A stretch of 64,000 bases of DNA, from positions 57,836-121,835 of the forward strand of contig JBGASN010000004.1 of the NCBI GenBank assembly GCA_044229665.1. The letters are read 5' to 3'. Each line of letters starts with the position of its first letter. The stretch's first letter is position 1. This DNA comes from Holophagaceae bacterium. GTDB taxonomy: Bacteria > Acidobacteriota > Holophagae > Holophagales > Holophagaceae. Both the position numbers and the translations under genes were made by a program. This document shows, piece after piece, positions 34,307 through 43,369 of this stretch. The notes below the pieces were generated by a model. It was not told the DNA's origin. It was given only the letters and a program-made list of their open reading frames with translations, and did not search any database.

Positions 34307-35497
34307 TCAGGCCAACGTGGCCGCAGCCTTCTCGGCGGCCACCAGGGCCTGCTCGAGGTCGGCCCAGAGGTCCTCGGGGTGCTCAAGTCCCACGCTGAGG
34401 CGGATGAGCCCGGCGCCGATGTGCCCCTGCTTCTTACCCTCTTCGCTGACCACGCGGTGGGTGAGGCCGGCGGGGTGCTGGATCAGGGTGTCGGTGCTGC
34501 CCAGGCTCACGGCGGGGGTCATGATCTTCACCGCCGCCATGAGGGCCTTGGCGGCTTCGAAGCCACCCTTCAGCTCGAAGGCCAGCACGGAGCCGGGGCC
34601 GGCCATCTGCTTCTTCGCGATGCCCGTGGTGTCGAAGCCGGGCCAGTGCACCTCGCCGACCTCGGCATGCTTCCGCAGCCGCTCGGCCAGGATCGTGGCG
34701 CCCTCCTGGGCGGCCTTCACGCGCAGGGCCAGGGTGGGCAGGCCGCGGTGCAGCAGGTAGGCGGCCAGGGGGTGCAGGATGTTGCCCGTGATCACCCGCA
34801 CCTTGCGCAGCTCGATGGCCCACTCGGCATTGGTGGCCACGATGCCGGCGATCACGTCGCCGTGCCCACCCAGGAACTTCGTGGCGCTGTGGAGGACGAT
34901 GGTCGCACCCAGCTCCAGGGGCCGCTGCAGCACGGGGGTGGCGAAGGTGTTGTCCACCATGACGGGCACCTTCCCCGCCTGAGCCACCACGTCCGCCAGA
35001 TCCACCAACTGCAGGGTGGGGTTGGCGGGGGTCTCCACGATCACCAGGCTGGTGTCGGGGCGCAGGGAGGCCTTGATCTCGTGGGGCTCGGCGAAGGTCA
35101 CGTCCAGGCCCAGGAGGCCGGAGGCCAGGAGGTGGTCCGTGCCGCCATAGAGGGGACGCACGGCGACGACGTGCTTGCCCTTCTGGGCGGCGGCCATGAG
35201 GATGGCGGTCACCGCGGCCATGCCGCTGGCGAAGGCCACGGCCTCCTCGGCGCCTTCCAGCTTGGCCAGGGCGCCCTCGAAGCGGGCCACGGTGGGGTTG
35301 TGGAGACGGGCGTAGACGCTGGACCCTTGGGGGTGGCCGCCGAGGGCCATGGCCTCCAGGCTGGCGCCCCCGGCTTCCAGGTCCCGCACGGGGTTGGTGC
35401 TGGAGAGGTCCAGGGGGGCCGCATGCACGCCCAGGGCCTCGAAGTCCTCCCGGCCGGCATGCACGGCGAGGGTCTCGAAACGGGTGTTCGGGTTCAT
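34307..35497 (-). CDS. PLP-dependent Cys/Met-metabolism enzyme (methionine gamma-lyase / cystathionine gamma-synthase family)
   Basis: ORF 34307-35938; the ATG at 35497 has AAGGAGG upstream. FETLAVHAG, NPT, and the SATKFLGGHGDVIAG segment with the PLP lysine. The C-terminal SLG.TDTLIQHPA..TH motif is typical of the family. Confidence 0.85.
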   Translation of the reverse strand: MNPNTRFETLAVHAGREDFEALGVHAAPLDLSSTNPVRDLEAGGASLEAMALGGHPQGSSVYARLHNPTVARFEGALAKLEGAEEAVAFASGMAAVTAILMAAAQKGKHVVAVRPLYGGTDHLLASGLLGLDVTFAEPHEIKASLRPDTSLVIVETPANPTLQLVDLADVVAQAGKVPVMVDNTFATPVLQRPLELGATIVLHSATKFLGGHGDVIAGIVATNAEWAIELRKVRVITGNILHPLAAYLLHRGLPTLALRVKAAQEGATILAERLRKHAEVGEVHWPGFDTTGIAKKQMAGPGSVLAFELKGGFEAAKALMAAVKIMTPAVSLGSTDTLIQHPAGLTHRVVSEEGKKQGHIGAGLIRLSVGLEHPEDLWADLEQALVAAEKAAATLA

Positions 35498-35581
35498 GGG
35501 ACCTCCTTCGTCAACTAAAGGTGGTTTCAGACTGAAGTTCGGTCCATGCTTTCCAAACCGAATTGTCTTCGGAGATTGCCC

Positions 35582-36055
35582 ATGAAACCCGCCCTCGACC
35601 GAACCGATCGCGCCATCCTGGCCAAGCTGCAGAAGGATGCTCGCCTCAGCAACAAGGAACTGGCTGCGGCTGTTGGACTTGCGCCATCCTCCTGCCTGGT
35701 GCGCGTGCAGCGCCTCCAGAAGGAGGGCATGCTCCGGGGCTTCCACGCCTTCGTGGACCCCGGCGCCCTGGGCATCGGCCTCCAGGCCCTCATCGGGGTG
35801 CAACTCAAGCAGCACAGCCGGGCCAAGGTGAAGGCCTTCACCCAGCACCTGCTGAGCCTGCCGGAGGTGGTGGCCCTCTACCACGTGACCGGCGCCTTCG
35901 ACTTCCAGGTCCACGTGGCCGTGCGGGGCCCCGAGCACCTGCGCGATCTGGCCCTGGACGCCTTCACCAGCCGCCCCGAGGTGCAGAGCCTCCAGACGGC
36001 CATGCTCTTCGACACGGTCTGGAAGGACCAGTGGCCGGACTACGGGGACCGCTAG
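35582..36055 (+). CDS. Lrp/AsnC-family transcriptional regulator
   Basis: ORF 35546-36055; the ATG at 35582 has GGAG 7 nt upstream. LDRTDRAILAKLQKDARLSNKELAAAVGLAPSSCLVRVQRLQKEGML HTH plus a RAM/ACT-like C-domain. Divergent from the PLP enzyme gene. Confidence 0.88.
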   Translation: MKPALDRTDRAILAKLQKDARLSNKELAAAVGLAPSSCLVRVQRLQKEGMLRGFHAFVDPGALGIGLQALIGVQLKQHSRAKVKAFTQHLLSLPEVVALYHVTGAFDFQVHVAVRGPEHLRDLALDAFTSRPEVQSLQTAMLFDTVWKDQWPDYGDR

Positions 36056-36510
36056 CTGATCCCGTCGCGGCGGGGGTTCTTCGTCAGCCGGAAGGCCATC
36101 CGCCGCGGTTCCTTACCCTCGGGGGCGATGGCGAGGTGGAGCCACACCGCGCCCCGGTGGTTGGTCTCCAGGATCAGCTGGTCGAAGGGAAGCTTCTGGA
36201 GGGGAGCCTCGCACAGCCGATGGAACGCTTCCTCCACGTTGACCCCCAGAGGGACCACGTCGGCGGCCCGGCCCGTCAGGTGGGCGCTGGCCTTCATTCC
36301 GCCCACCAGCGAATTGAGCTCCGGGCCGCGGAACCCGGAATTCACATGGAGCCCCACCTTGAGGAGCCCCCGCGCCGGCTCGAGGAGGGTCTCACAGAGG
36401 CGGAGCAGGTTCGCCTTGGCGGGCCCATCGGGTCGATTGACGAGCTTCCGGGCCTTGGCCGTCTCACTCGCAACCAGTTCCTCGAGGCTGAAATGCTCGG
36501 TCAGCTGCAT
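36052..36510 (-). CDS. Peptidase M15A-type (D-Ala-D-Ala carboxypeptidase-like) zinc hydrolase
   Basis: FSLEELVASETA...NLLRLCETLLEPAR...LHVNSGFRGPELNSLVGGMKASAHLTGRAADV...FDQLILE...WLHLAI matches the Peptidase_M15_3 pattern (H-x6-D...H) common in phage and cell-wall enzymes. GGGAG RBS. Its stop overlaps the convergent lrp-family gene by 4 nt. Confidence 0.8.
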   Translation of the reverse strand: MQLTEHFSLEELVASETAKARKLVNRPDGPAKANLLRLCETLLEPARGLLKVGLHVNSGFRGPELNSLVGGMKASAHLTGRAADVVPLGVNVEEAFHRLCEAPLQKLPFDQLILETNHRGAVWLHLAIAPEGKEPRRMAFRLTKNPRRDGIS

Positions 36511-36558
36511 GGCCGCTCCCGGGGGTCTCCGAAGAGGATCGGCCCCGGGCGGGGGCGG

Positions 36559-37830
36559 TCAAGCCAGCGCCCGGTCCGCCAGTCGGCTGAGGTCGGAGGA
36601 GCCCTGGGAGTTCGCGAGGCTCTTGGCCACGGCACCCAGCAGCTCCCGCTGGACTCCCTCCGGTACCAGGGGCACCAGGTCGGCCCCGGCCGCCACCAGC
36701 AGGGTGTGGTGGGCGTGGTTGAAGGCCGGGTCGTTGAAGCTGGCGGCCTCCGCCAGGGCCCGAAGCACGGGCTCGGGGCCCGCCGCATCGAACAGGGCCA
36801 GGGCCCACCCATAGGCCTCCGGCGGCTCCACATCGAGGATCGCATCCGTGAGCGTCGCTTCCGTGGCGGGTGCCTTGGGCACCACCGGCTGGACCCGGCC
36901 CTCCGGCTCCTCCGTGGGGAAGAGGTTCACCAGGGCGGCGCCCTGGCAGGCCAGACGGGGGTCCCCGCCCTGCCGCGTGAACTGCGTGGCCAGGTAGACG
37001 AAGTTCCAGCCGGTCTTCCCCTCCAAATCCCGGCGGGCGTCCAGCAGCTTCTCCGCCGCGGCCCGCACCAGGGCCTGGTTCAGGTCCGCGCGGGTGAGCC
37101 CCGCCCGGGTGCGCGCCGCAAGCCGGTTCAGCAACTCCACCAGGCCGCAGTCGCAGATCTCACGCACCAGTTCCTCTTGCGCCTCGCCCTCCAGGCACGC
37201 GGGACCTTCCGCGAGGGAGCCCTCGAAGCCCTCCAGGCGCTTGGCCGCCCGCTGATGCCAGAAGCGGTCCTCCGGGGTGGCCGCCAGCCAGGCGCTGACG
37301 CCCAGGAGCCGGCGCCCGGTGGCCTTCGGCCGCTCCAGGGCCTCCTGAAGGTCCCCCAAGTGGTGCGCGAACACCGCCTTGTGCCCGATGTTGGCCATGT
37401 CGGTGGCCACGAGGTCGCCCAGCCGTCGGAAGTCCTCCGGCCCCGGTTGTTCGAAGGAGGCCGCCTCCATCCAGGCGAGGCCGGGCTTACGGGCCCCGAT
37501 GAAGCTCTCCAGGTTGCGCCAGCTGCCCGCCCCCTGGGCCGGCGCCAGCGCCTTCGCCTTGCGTCCCTCGTGGGCGAAGGCATGGATCTGGGTGGCCACC
37601 AGCCGGTGGAAGGATCGGGGGGACAGGAAACCCTGGAGACGATGGGCCGCCCTCAATCCGAGGAGCCCGTGGGGTGCATGGGGAAGGTAGGCCTCCCAAT
37701 CCACCCACGGGGTGAGCACCTTCACGGCCTCCCGCACGGCCTCGCGCAGGCCCTGGTCCTCGCGCACCTTTGCCGCGAAGGCGGGGAAGAACCCGGCGTC
37801 GGGCTTCTCCAGTTGGGCCAACCAGGTCAT
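36559..37830 (-). CDS. Hypothetical soluble protein (423 aa), family not recognised
   Basis: ORF 36559-38487; the ATG at 37830 overlaps the upstream TGA (ATGA). Helical, His-containing motifs (LPHAPHGLLGL, IGHKAVFAHHLGDL, FNHAHHTLLVAAG). No TM segments. Confidence 0.65.
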   Translation of the reverse strand: MTWLAQLEKPDAGFFPAFAAKVREDQGLREAVREAVKVLTPWVDWEAYLPHAPHGLLGLRAAHRLQGFLSPRSFHRLVATQIHAFAHEGRKAKALAPAQGAGSWRNLESFIGARKPGLAWMEAASFEQPGPEDFRRLGDLVATDMANIGHKAVFAHHLGDLQEALERPKATGRRLLGVSAWLAATPEDRFWHQRAAKRLEGFEGSLAEGPACLEGEAQEELVREICDCGLVELLNRLAARTRAGLTRADLNQALVRAAAEKLLDARRDLEGKTGWNFVYLATQFTRQGGDPRLACQGAALVNLFPTEEPEGRVQPVVPKAPATEATLTDAILDVEPPEAYGWALALFDAAGPEPVLRALAEAASFNDPAFNHAHHTLLVAAGADLVPLVPEGVQRELLGAVAKSLANSQGSSDLSRLADRALA

Positions 37831-38936
37831 CCCTGGCTCCGGCGGAAGGGCCAGGCCTGCTGACCCAGGTAGGTCTGCGGCAGGGTCTCGCCCACCACGC
37901 CCAGCTCCTTCGGCCAGTACCCGGGCATGTGGGAGGTCCCGAAGAGGGTGTCCCAGATCGGGCAGAGCACGGCGAAGTTCTTGTCGATGCCCTCGGCGTC
38001 CTTCGCGTGGTGCCAGTGGTGGAACTCCGGGGTGGCCAGCACCCAGCGCAGGCCCGGGAAGGTCCACCGCACGTTGGCGTGGATGAACACCGCCTGGAAG
38101 GAGATGAGGCTCACCCAGACGAGGAAGGGGCCCGGGGCGAAGCCCAGGATGAAGATGGGCAGGTAGCCCGCGGCGCGGTTGGCCAGGGTGTCCACCAGGT
38201 GGCTGCGGCTGCCCGCCAGCCAGTCCATGTGCTCGGGGCTGTGGTGCACGGCGTGGAAGCGCCACAGGGCGGGCACCGTGTGGAAGGCCCGGTGGGTCCA
38301 GTAGCTGAACAGGTCCACCACGAGGATGATCTCCGCCACCTGGATCCAGAAGGGCTGGGCGGCCACCTTGGCCTGCAGGGAGGCGCTCACGGCCCACCCG
38401 AAGAAGGCCTTGGCGGGGAAGTAGCTGAGGAAGCTCAGGATCTGGATGCCGGCGTGGGCCAGGAAGAAGTGCTTCATGTCCAGCCACCAGTCCGCCCGCA
38501 GCACCTTCTGGGTGGGCACCCGGGCGAACATGCGCTCCAGGGGGATGAAGACCAGGGTGAGGGCCAGGAGCTCCAGCACGAAATAGTCGAGCCCCGCGAA
38601 GTAGGGCTTGGCCTCCGTGGACCCCACCCGGGCCTGGATGCCGCCGAGAAGGGCCGCCGCCAGGGCCACCGACACGCCGGCGAGTCCCAGACGCTTGGAG
38701 CGGCTCAGCACCACGCTGGTGGCACCCAGGGCGAATCCCAGCACGAGCAGGCCATGGAGGATGCCCCGGAGCAGGCCCAGGTGCTGGGCGTAGAAGGCCC
38801 GGGTCTCCGGCATCGTCAGCAGGGCCGGGTAGCGGAAGCAGAGGGCGCCGAAGAGCGCCAGGACCGCGAGGAGCAGGCCCAGGGCGCCGCTGATGCGGCC
38901 CTCGCCCAGGCGGAACTCGGGGGTGGATTCGGTCAT
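37827..38936 (-). CDS. Fatty-acid hydroxylase / sterol desaturase superfamily integral membrane protein
   Basis: ORF 37827-38969; the ATG at 38936 has GAGG 6 nt upstream. N-terminal TM bundle, then the di-iron His boxes WTHRAFH, HAVHH and HHWHH. Confidence 0.8.
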   Translation of the reverse strand: MTESTPEFRLGEGRISGALGLLLAVLALFGALCFRYPALLTMPETRAFYAQHLGLLRGILHGLLVLGFALGATSVVLSRSKRLGLAGVSVALAAALLGGIQARVGSTEAKPYFAGLDYFVLELLALTLVFIPLERMFARVPTQKVLRADWWLDMKHFFLAHAGIQILSFLSYFPAKAFFGWAVSASLQAKVAAQPFWIQVAEIILVVDLFSYWTHRAFHTVPALWRFHAVHHSPEHMDWLAGSRSHLVDTLANRAAGYLPIFILGFAPGPFLVWVSLISFQAVFIHANVRWTFPGLRWVLATPEFHHWHHAKDAEGIDKNFAVLCPIWDTLFGTSHMPGYWPKELGVVGETLPQTYLGQQAWPFRRSQG

Positions 38937-38937
38937 G

Positions 38938-39558
38938 TCAGGCCTCGCAGGGGATCTTCCAATGATCAAGCACGGCCCGGCCCCAGTGGTGGCGCCAAGC
39001 GCGGTTCCACACGGCGCCGCCCTCCTTGAGGTCCGCGGCGACGAGTCGGTGTCGGAGGGCCTCCCGCAGGGGCGCTTCGGCCGGACCGAGGGCTGCTTCC
39101 GCCACGCCCACCAGGCGGGTGAAGGCGGCGCGCTCCTCGTCGAAGCGGGCCAGGTAGCCGGGATCCTCGGGGTGCGGCAGGGCCGCCCGGGCCCGCATCC
39201 ACGCTTCGAAGACCTGACGGGCCGCCGGATCCGAGGCCAGGGGCTCGGCCACCGCCTCCCACCCCTGCACCGGCACCAGCTCCGGGCCGGCCCGACGCAA
39301 GGCCTCCCGAAGGCTCAGGGCCTTCCGGACGTCCTTCTCCAGGTGCTTCAAAGCCACGAAGGTCCGGGGCTTGGCCCGCTGGTCCCGCCGGTCGAAGTAG
39401 GTGTTCAGGGCCCCCACCAGGAGGTCCATGGGCACCCCCTCCCCCTCCCAGGCCTTCCAGGTGCGGTAGTCCTCCGGGCTCATGAACCCGGCGCGGCCGT
39501 AGGCCCGGTAGGCCCACTCCCGCTCCAGCCACTCGATCTCCTCGGGCGTGTAGCCCAT
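38938..39558 (-). CDS. Hypothetical soluble Trp/Arg/Glu-rich protein (206 aa)
   Basis: ORF 38938-39579; the ATG at 39558 overlaps the upstream stop (ATGA). It ends 1 nt before the next gene's start. No family recognised. Confidence 0.6.
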   Translation of the reverse strand: MGYTPEEIEWLEREWAYRAYGRAGFMSPEDYRTWKAWEGEGVPMDLLVGALNTYFDRRDQRAKPRTFVALKHLEKDVRKALSLREALRRAGPELVPVQGWEAVAEPLASDPAARQVFEAWMRARAALPHPEDPGYLARFDEERAAFTRLVGVAEAALGPAEAPLREALRHRLVAADLKEGGAVWNRAWRHHWGRAVLDHWKIPCEA

Positions 39559-39881
39559 CAGCGGGCGCGCTCCAGCCACCCGCCATTCCGCAGGAGGATC
39601 TTCTTGCCATCCCAGCCGGTGGCGTCCTGGGGTTTCACCTCATCCAGGGGCGCCCCTTTCAGGATGAAGCGACCCGATTCCAGGGGCGCACCGGTGGCCT
39701 CATTGAAAAGCTCCACCTGCCACTCGGTGGCACCGGCTGGGCGGATGCGCAGGAAGGCCCCGGCCTCGGCGCCACCGACCCAGACCGCATCCGGAGGCAC
39801 CGTGGCGGGACGCTCCGGGGCCTGGACCTCGCCGTGGCAGGCAAGCAGGAACAGGGCAGGCAGGGCGCGCAGGGTTCGCAA
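39558..39881 (-). CDS. Small lipoprotein, unknown function
   Basis: ORF 39558-39944. I prefer the TTG at 39881 (GGAG 5 nt upstream), which gives MRTLRALPALFLLAC with a lipobox. The 39944 ATG would overlap the divergent map start codon. Confidence 0.55.
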   Translation of the reverse strand: MRTLRALPALFLLACHGEVQAPERPATVPPDAVWVGGAEAGAFLRIRPAGATEWQVELFNEATGAPLESGRFILKGAPLDEVKPQDATGWDGKKILLRNGGWLERAR

Positions 39882-39942
39882 GGGGACTCCGGATCCCCAT
39901 TCTAGCGGTCTTTGGGCTCCGCCCACGCTAGACTGGGAGGCC

Positions 39943-40740
39943 ATGGTGCTGCTCCGCGAACAGATCCGCTACAAGTCCCGCAAGGAAGTCGACAAGCTGC
40001 GGGAGGCGGGACGCCTGGCCGCCAACGCCCTGCGGCTCACGGCCAAGTCCGTGAAGCCCGGTGTGAGCCTCCTGGAACTCGACAAGATCGCCGAGACCTA
40101 CATCCGCCAGAACGGCGGCACCCCGAACTTCAAGGGATACCACGGCTTCCCGGGCACCCTCTGCACCTCCGTGAACGACAAGGTGGTGCATGGCATCCCC
40201 ACGAATTACGTCCTGCAGGAAGGCGACATCATCGCCATCGACTGCGGCGCGAAGCTGGATGGCTACCACGGCGACACCTGCCTCACCGTAGGCGTGGGCC
40301 AGATCACTGAACAAGCCCGGATGCTCATCCAGACGGCCCAGCTCGCCATGTACCTGGGCATCGAGCACAGCCGCGTGGGCAACCGCCTGGGCGACATGAG
40401 CACCATGGTCCAGCGGTTCGCCGAGGAGCGGGGCTACTCCGTGGTGCGCGAGTACATCGGCCATGGCATCGGCCGGGACCTCCACGAGGATCCCCAGGTG
40501 GTCTTCGCCGAGCAGCGCCCCGGCACGGGCTTCCGGTTCGAGCCGGGCATGACCCTCACCATCGAGCCCATCCTGAACGTCGGCACCCACAAGTGCATCG
40601 TGGAATCCGATGGCTGGACCGTGCGCACCAAGGATGGCAGCCTCTCCGCCCAGTTCGAGCACGACATCCACATCACCAAGGACGGTCCGGAGATCCTCAG
40701 CATCCCGGATCCCGAGTTCGAGCTCGAAGACGGCCTATGA
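39943..40740 (+). CDS. map: Type I methionine aminopeptidase
   Basis: ORF 38893-40740; the ATG at 39943 has GGGAGG upstream. VVHGIP, DIIAIDCGAKLDGYHGD, EYIGHGIG, TIEP and AQFEHD metal-ligand motifs. Confidence 0.93.
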   Translation: MVLLREQIRYKSRKEVDKLREAGRLAANALRLTAKSVKPGVSLLELDKIAETYIRQNGGTPNFKGYHGFPGTLCTSVNDKVVHGIPTNYVLQEGDIIAIDCGAKLDGYHGDTCLTVGVGQITEQARMLIQTAQLAMYLGIEHSRVGNRLGDMSTMVQRFAEERGYSVVREYIGHGIGRDLHEDPQVVFAEQRPGTGFRFEPGMTLTIEPILNVGTHKCIVESDGWTVRTKDGSLSAQFEHDIHITKDGPEILSIPDPEFELEDGL

Positions 40741-41513
40741 ACCGGGTGCAGGTCTGCTTCGAAGCCGCCGAGGCCGCGGCGGCCCTGCTGCGCCAGCTGC
40801 GGGGCAAGGTCCGCCCGGACTACAAGGACCTGGCCCGTGGCTCCACCCTGGATCCCGTGACCCAGGCGGACAAGGATGCCGAGGCCCAGCTGCGTCGGGA
40901 GCTGCTGGGGCACTTCCCCGGTGATGGGTTCCTGGGCGAGGAGGGCGCCCCGGAATCCAGCCGCAGCGGCTGGCTCTGGGTGGCGGATCCCCTGGATGGC
41001 ACCCTCAACTTCGCCCACGGCAGCCCCCATGCCGCCGTGAGCCTCGCCCTGCTCAAGGATGGGGAGCCGGTGGCCGGGGCCATCGTGCCCCTCACCGGGG
41101 AAGCTACCCACGCGGAGGCGGGCGGCGGGGCGTATCGGGGGTCCCTGCGCCTGGCCCCCTCGAAGGTGCGGCATCTGGGGGAGGCCCTGGTGGCCACGGA
41201 CCTGCCCTACGACCTGAAGGTGCGCCACGGCTCGGCCCGGGAGCGCTTCCTGGCGCTCAGTTCCCAGGCCCAGAGCGTGCGCATCCTCGGCAGCGCCGCC
41301 CTGGAGCTGGTGGCCGTGGCCGCCGGGGAGTTGGACCTGTACGCCAACGAGGGCTGCAAGTCCTGGGATCTGTGCGCGGGGGCGCTCATCCTGCGGGAGG
41401 CCGGGGGGCTGCTCACGGCGGAGGATGGCGGGCGGCTGGACCTCCTGGATCCCGGCCCCTTCCTGGCCTCCAATGGCCCCCTGCATGGGCCGGCCGTGGC
41501 CCTGCTCAGCTGA
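40737..41513 (+). CDS. Inositol monophosphatase family protein
   Basis: The ATG at 40737 overlaps the map stop (ATGA). FLGEEG and WVADPLDGTLNFAHG motifs; C-terminal WDLCAGALIL. Confidence 0.85.
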   Translation: MNRVQVCFEAAEAAAALLRQLRGKVRPDYKDLARGSTLDPVTQADKDAEAQLRRELLGHFPGDGFLGEEGAPESSRSGWLWVADPLDGTLNFAHGSPHAAVSLALLKDGEPVAGAIVPLTGEATHAEAGGGAYRGSLRLAPSKVRHLGEALVATDLPYDLKVRHGSARERFLALSSQAQSVRILGSAALELVAVAAGELDLYANEGCKSWDLCAGALILREAGGLLTAEDGGRLDLLDPGPFLASNGPLHGPAVALLS

Positions 41514-41991
41514 ATTCCGGCGCGGGGTTCGGGCTCTCGGGGGGCAGGCCCAGGGCCGCGCCCACCTCCGCGGTGGGAACCGACCCGCCGGGCCCCAGGA
41601 AGATGGCCTTCACCATGGCCTCGGCGTGGAGCTGGCCGTTGCGGAGGAAGCGCTGCTCCAGATAGACCCACTTGGCATCCCAGGCGTGGAGGCGGGTGTG
41701 CAGCTCGTAGCGCTGGAATGGATCCAGGCTGCGGCGGTAGGTGATCCGCGCGGCCCCCACCACGGGCCGCCAGCGGCGCTTGAAGAGCAGGCCTCCCAGG
41801 GCGGTCCGGAACGTGAGGTCGAAGCGGCCCAGGTCCATGACCGTGAGGTAGCGGCCGTTGTTCATGTGGAGGTTCAGATCCAGATCATTGGGCCACACGA
41901 TGAAGCGGCGCACGGAGTCGTCCAGGATTCCGAGCTTGGAGCGGAAACGCACGGTGAGCAGCAGCCAGAAGAGGCGGATCAGGAGGTTCAT
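41506..41991 (-). CDS. Hotdog-fold thioesterase family protein
   Basis: ORF 41506-42060; the ATG at 41991 overlaps the upstream stop (ATGA). VWPNDLDLNLHMNNGRYLTVMDLGR... resembles acyl-CoA thioesterase-like (4HBT-type) proteins. Confidence 0.6.
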   Translation of the reverse strand: MNLLIRLFWLLLTVRFRSKLGILDDSVRRFIVWPNDLDLNLHMNNGRYLTVMDLGRFDLTFRTALGGLLFKRRWRPVVGAARITYRRSLDPFQRYELHTRLHAWDAKWVYLEQRFLRNGQLHAEAMVKAIFLGPGGSVPTAEVGAALGLPPESPNPAPEFS

Positions 41992-42428
41992 CGGGCGGCC
42001 CCGTAAATGTCCTTCCGGAGCACCTGCATGAAGGGTGTGGGATCCGAGACGGGCTCCCACCCCAGCTTTTCATAGACCCCGTGGGCATCCCGGGTGGCCA
42101 GCATCAGCCGGCGGAAGCCCTGGACCTCGGGGAGCGCCATCAGGGCCCGCACCAGGGCCGTGGAGAGCCCACGGCCCCGGTGGCCCTCCAGCACGAACAC
42201 ATCGGCCAGATAGCCGAACGTCGCGTGGTCGGTGGCGATCCGGGCGAAGCCAACCTGGGCGCCATCGGGTCCATACACCCCGGCCACGAGGCTGTGCCGG
42301 GCCGCCCGTTCCACCACCTCCCGGGGGATCCCCGGGCTCCAGTAGCTGCGGGTGAGGTAGGCGTGGATCACGTCGAATTGGAGGTCCGCGGGGTCCAGGG
42401 AGAGGCGGTAGCCGGGAGGCAAGGTCAT
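41988..42428 (-). CDS. GNAT-family N-acetyltransferase
   Basis: The acetyl-CoA-binding motif LADVFVLEGHRGRGLSTALVRAL and the overall length (146 aa) are typical of GNAT enzymes. Confidence 0.8.
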   Translation of the reverse strand: MTLPPGYRLSLDPADLQFDVIHAYLTRSYWSPGIPREVVERAARHSLVAGVYGPDGAQVGFARIATDHATFGYLADVFVLEGHRGRGLSTALVRALMALPEVQGFRRLMLATRDAHGVYEKLGWEPVSDPTPFMQVLRKDIYGAAR

Positions 42429-42492
42429 GCTTCAACCCTAGACCAGCTGCTCCAGGAATGCCTCCGGTCCGCCCCTGCGCTAGGGTGGAGGC

Positions 42493-43320
42493 ATGGCCTT
42501 TTCGGTGACCGCCCCCGCCAAACTGAACCGCTACCTGGGCGTGCTTGGGCGCCGGCCCGACGGGTTCCACGAGGTGGAGCTGGTGACGACCGTGTTGGAT
42601 CACGTGCCGGAGCTCTGCGACACCCTGAGCTGGGAGCCCCACCACCGCCTGGAGCTCCACCTGGAGGGCCCGACCGCCGCGGGCCTGGTGGCCGACGAAT
42701 CCAACCTGGTCCTGAAGGCCTGGCGCCTGGTCGAAGCCTACGTGGGCCGCCCCTGCCCCGCCCGCCTCACGCTGAACAAGCGCATCCCCCATGGCGCCGG
42801 GCTCGGCGGCGGCAGCAGCGATGCCGCCGCCGCCCTGAAGCTCGCGAACCAGTGCCTGGCCCTGGAGCTGCCCGAGGAGGTGCTCCTGGCGTTCGCTGCG
42901 GAGCTGGGTTCCGACGTGCCCCTGTTCTTGCTCGGCGGCACGGTGCACGGCACCGGTCGGGGCGAGCGGGTTCGCGCCGTCACGGCGGAACCCCTGCCCC
43001 CCCTCCTCCTGGTCCACCCCCGCCTCCACCAGCCCACGGCGGGCGTCTACGGCGCCCTGACCCGCACCGGGTTGCCCGGCACCCAGCCCCTGCCCGATCC
43101 CGCCCGCGCGCCCTGGGTCAATGACCTGGAGGCTCCGGCCCTGGCCGTGAACCCGCCCCTGGCCGAGGTTCGGGACGCCCTCGCCCACCTGGGTGGGAAG
43201 CCCCTGCTCTGCGGCAGCGGGAGCGCCTGGGCGGCCCGCTTCGAGTCCACCGCCCTGCGGGACGCCGCTGGCGCGGCCCTGGCCGACACCCGCCCCCAGT
43301 GGGGCCTCTGGTCCGCCTGA
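42493..43320 (+). CDS. ispE: 4-diphosphocytidyl-2-C-methyl-D-erythritol kinase
   Basis: APAKLN.YL.V.GRR.DG.H......T; NLV.KA; K+IP.GAGLGGGSSDAAA GHMP-kinase motif; GSDVPFF-like GSDVPLFL. Confidence 0.9.
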   Translation: MAFSVTAPAKLNRYLGVLGRRPDGFHEVELVTTVLDHVPELCDTLSWEPHHRLELHLEGPTAAGLVADESNLVLKAWRLVEAYVGRPCPARLTLNKRIPHGAGLGGGSSDAAAALKLANQCLALELPEEVLLAFAAELGSDVPLFLLGGTVHGTGRGERVRAVTAEPLPPLLLVHPRLHQPTAGVYGALTRTGLPGTQPLPDPARAPWVNDLEAPALAVNPPLAEVRDALAHLGGKPLLCGSGSAWAARFESTALRDAAGAALADTRPQWGLWSA

Positions 43321-43369
43321 GCCCTGGCGCGCTTCCAAGTTCCGCCCCACCTTGGGCGCGGAGGCCCCC

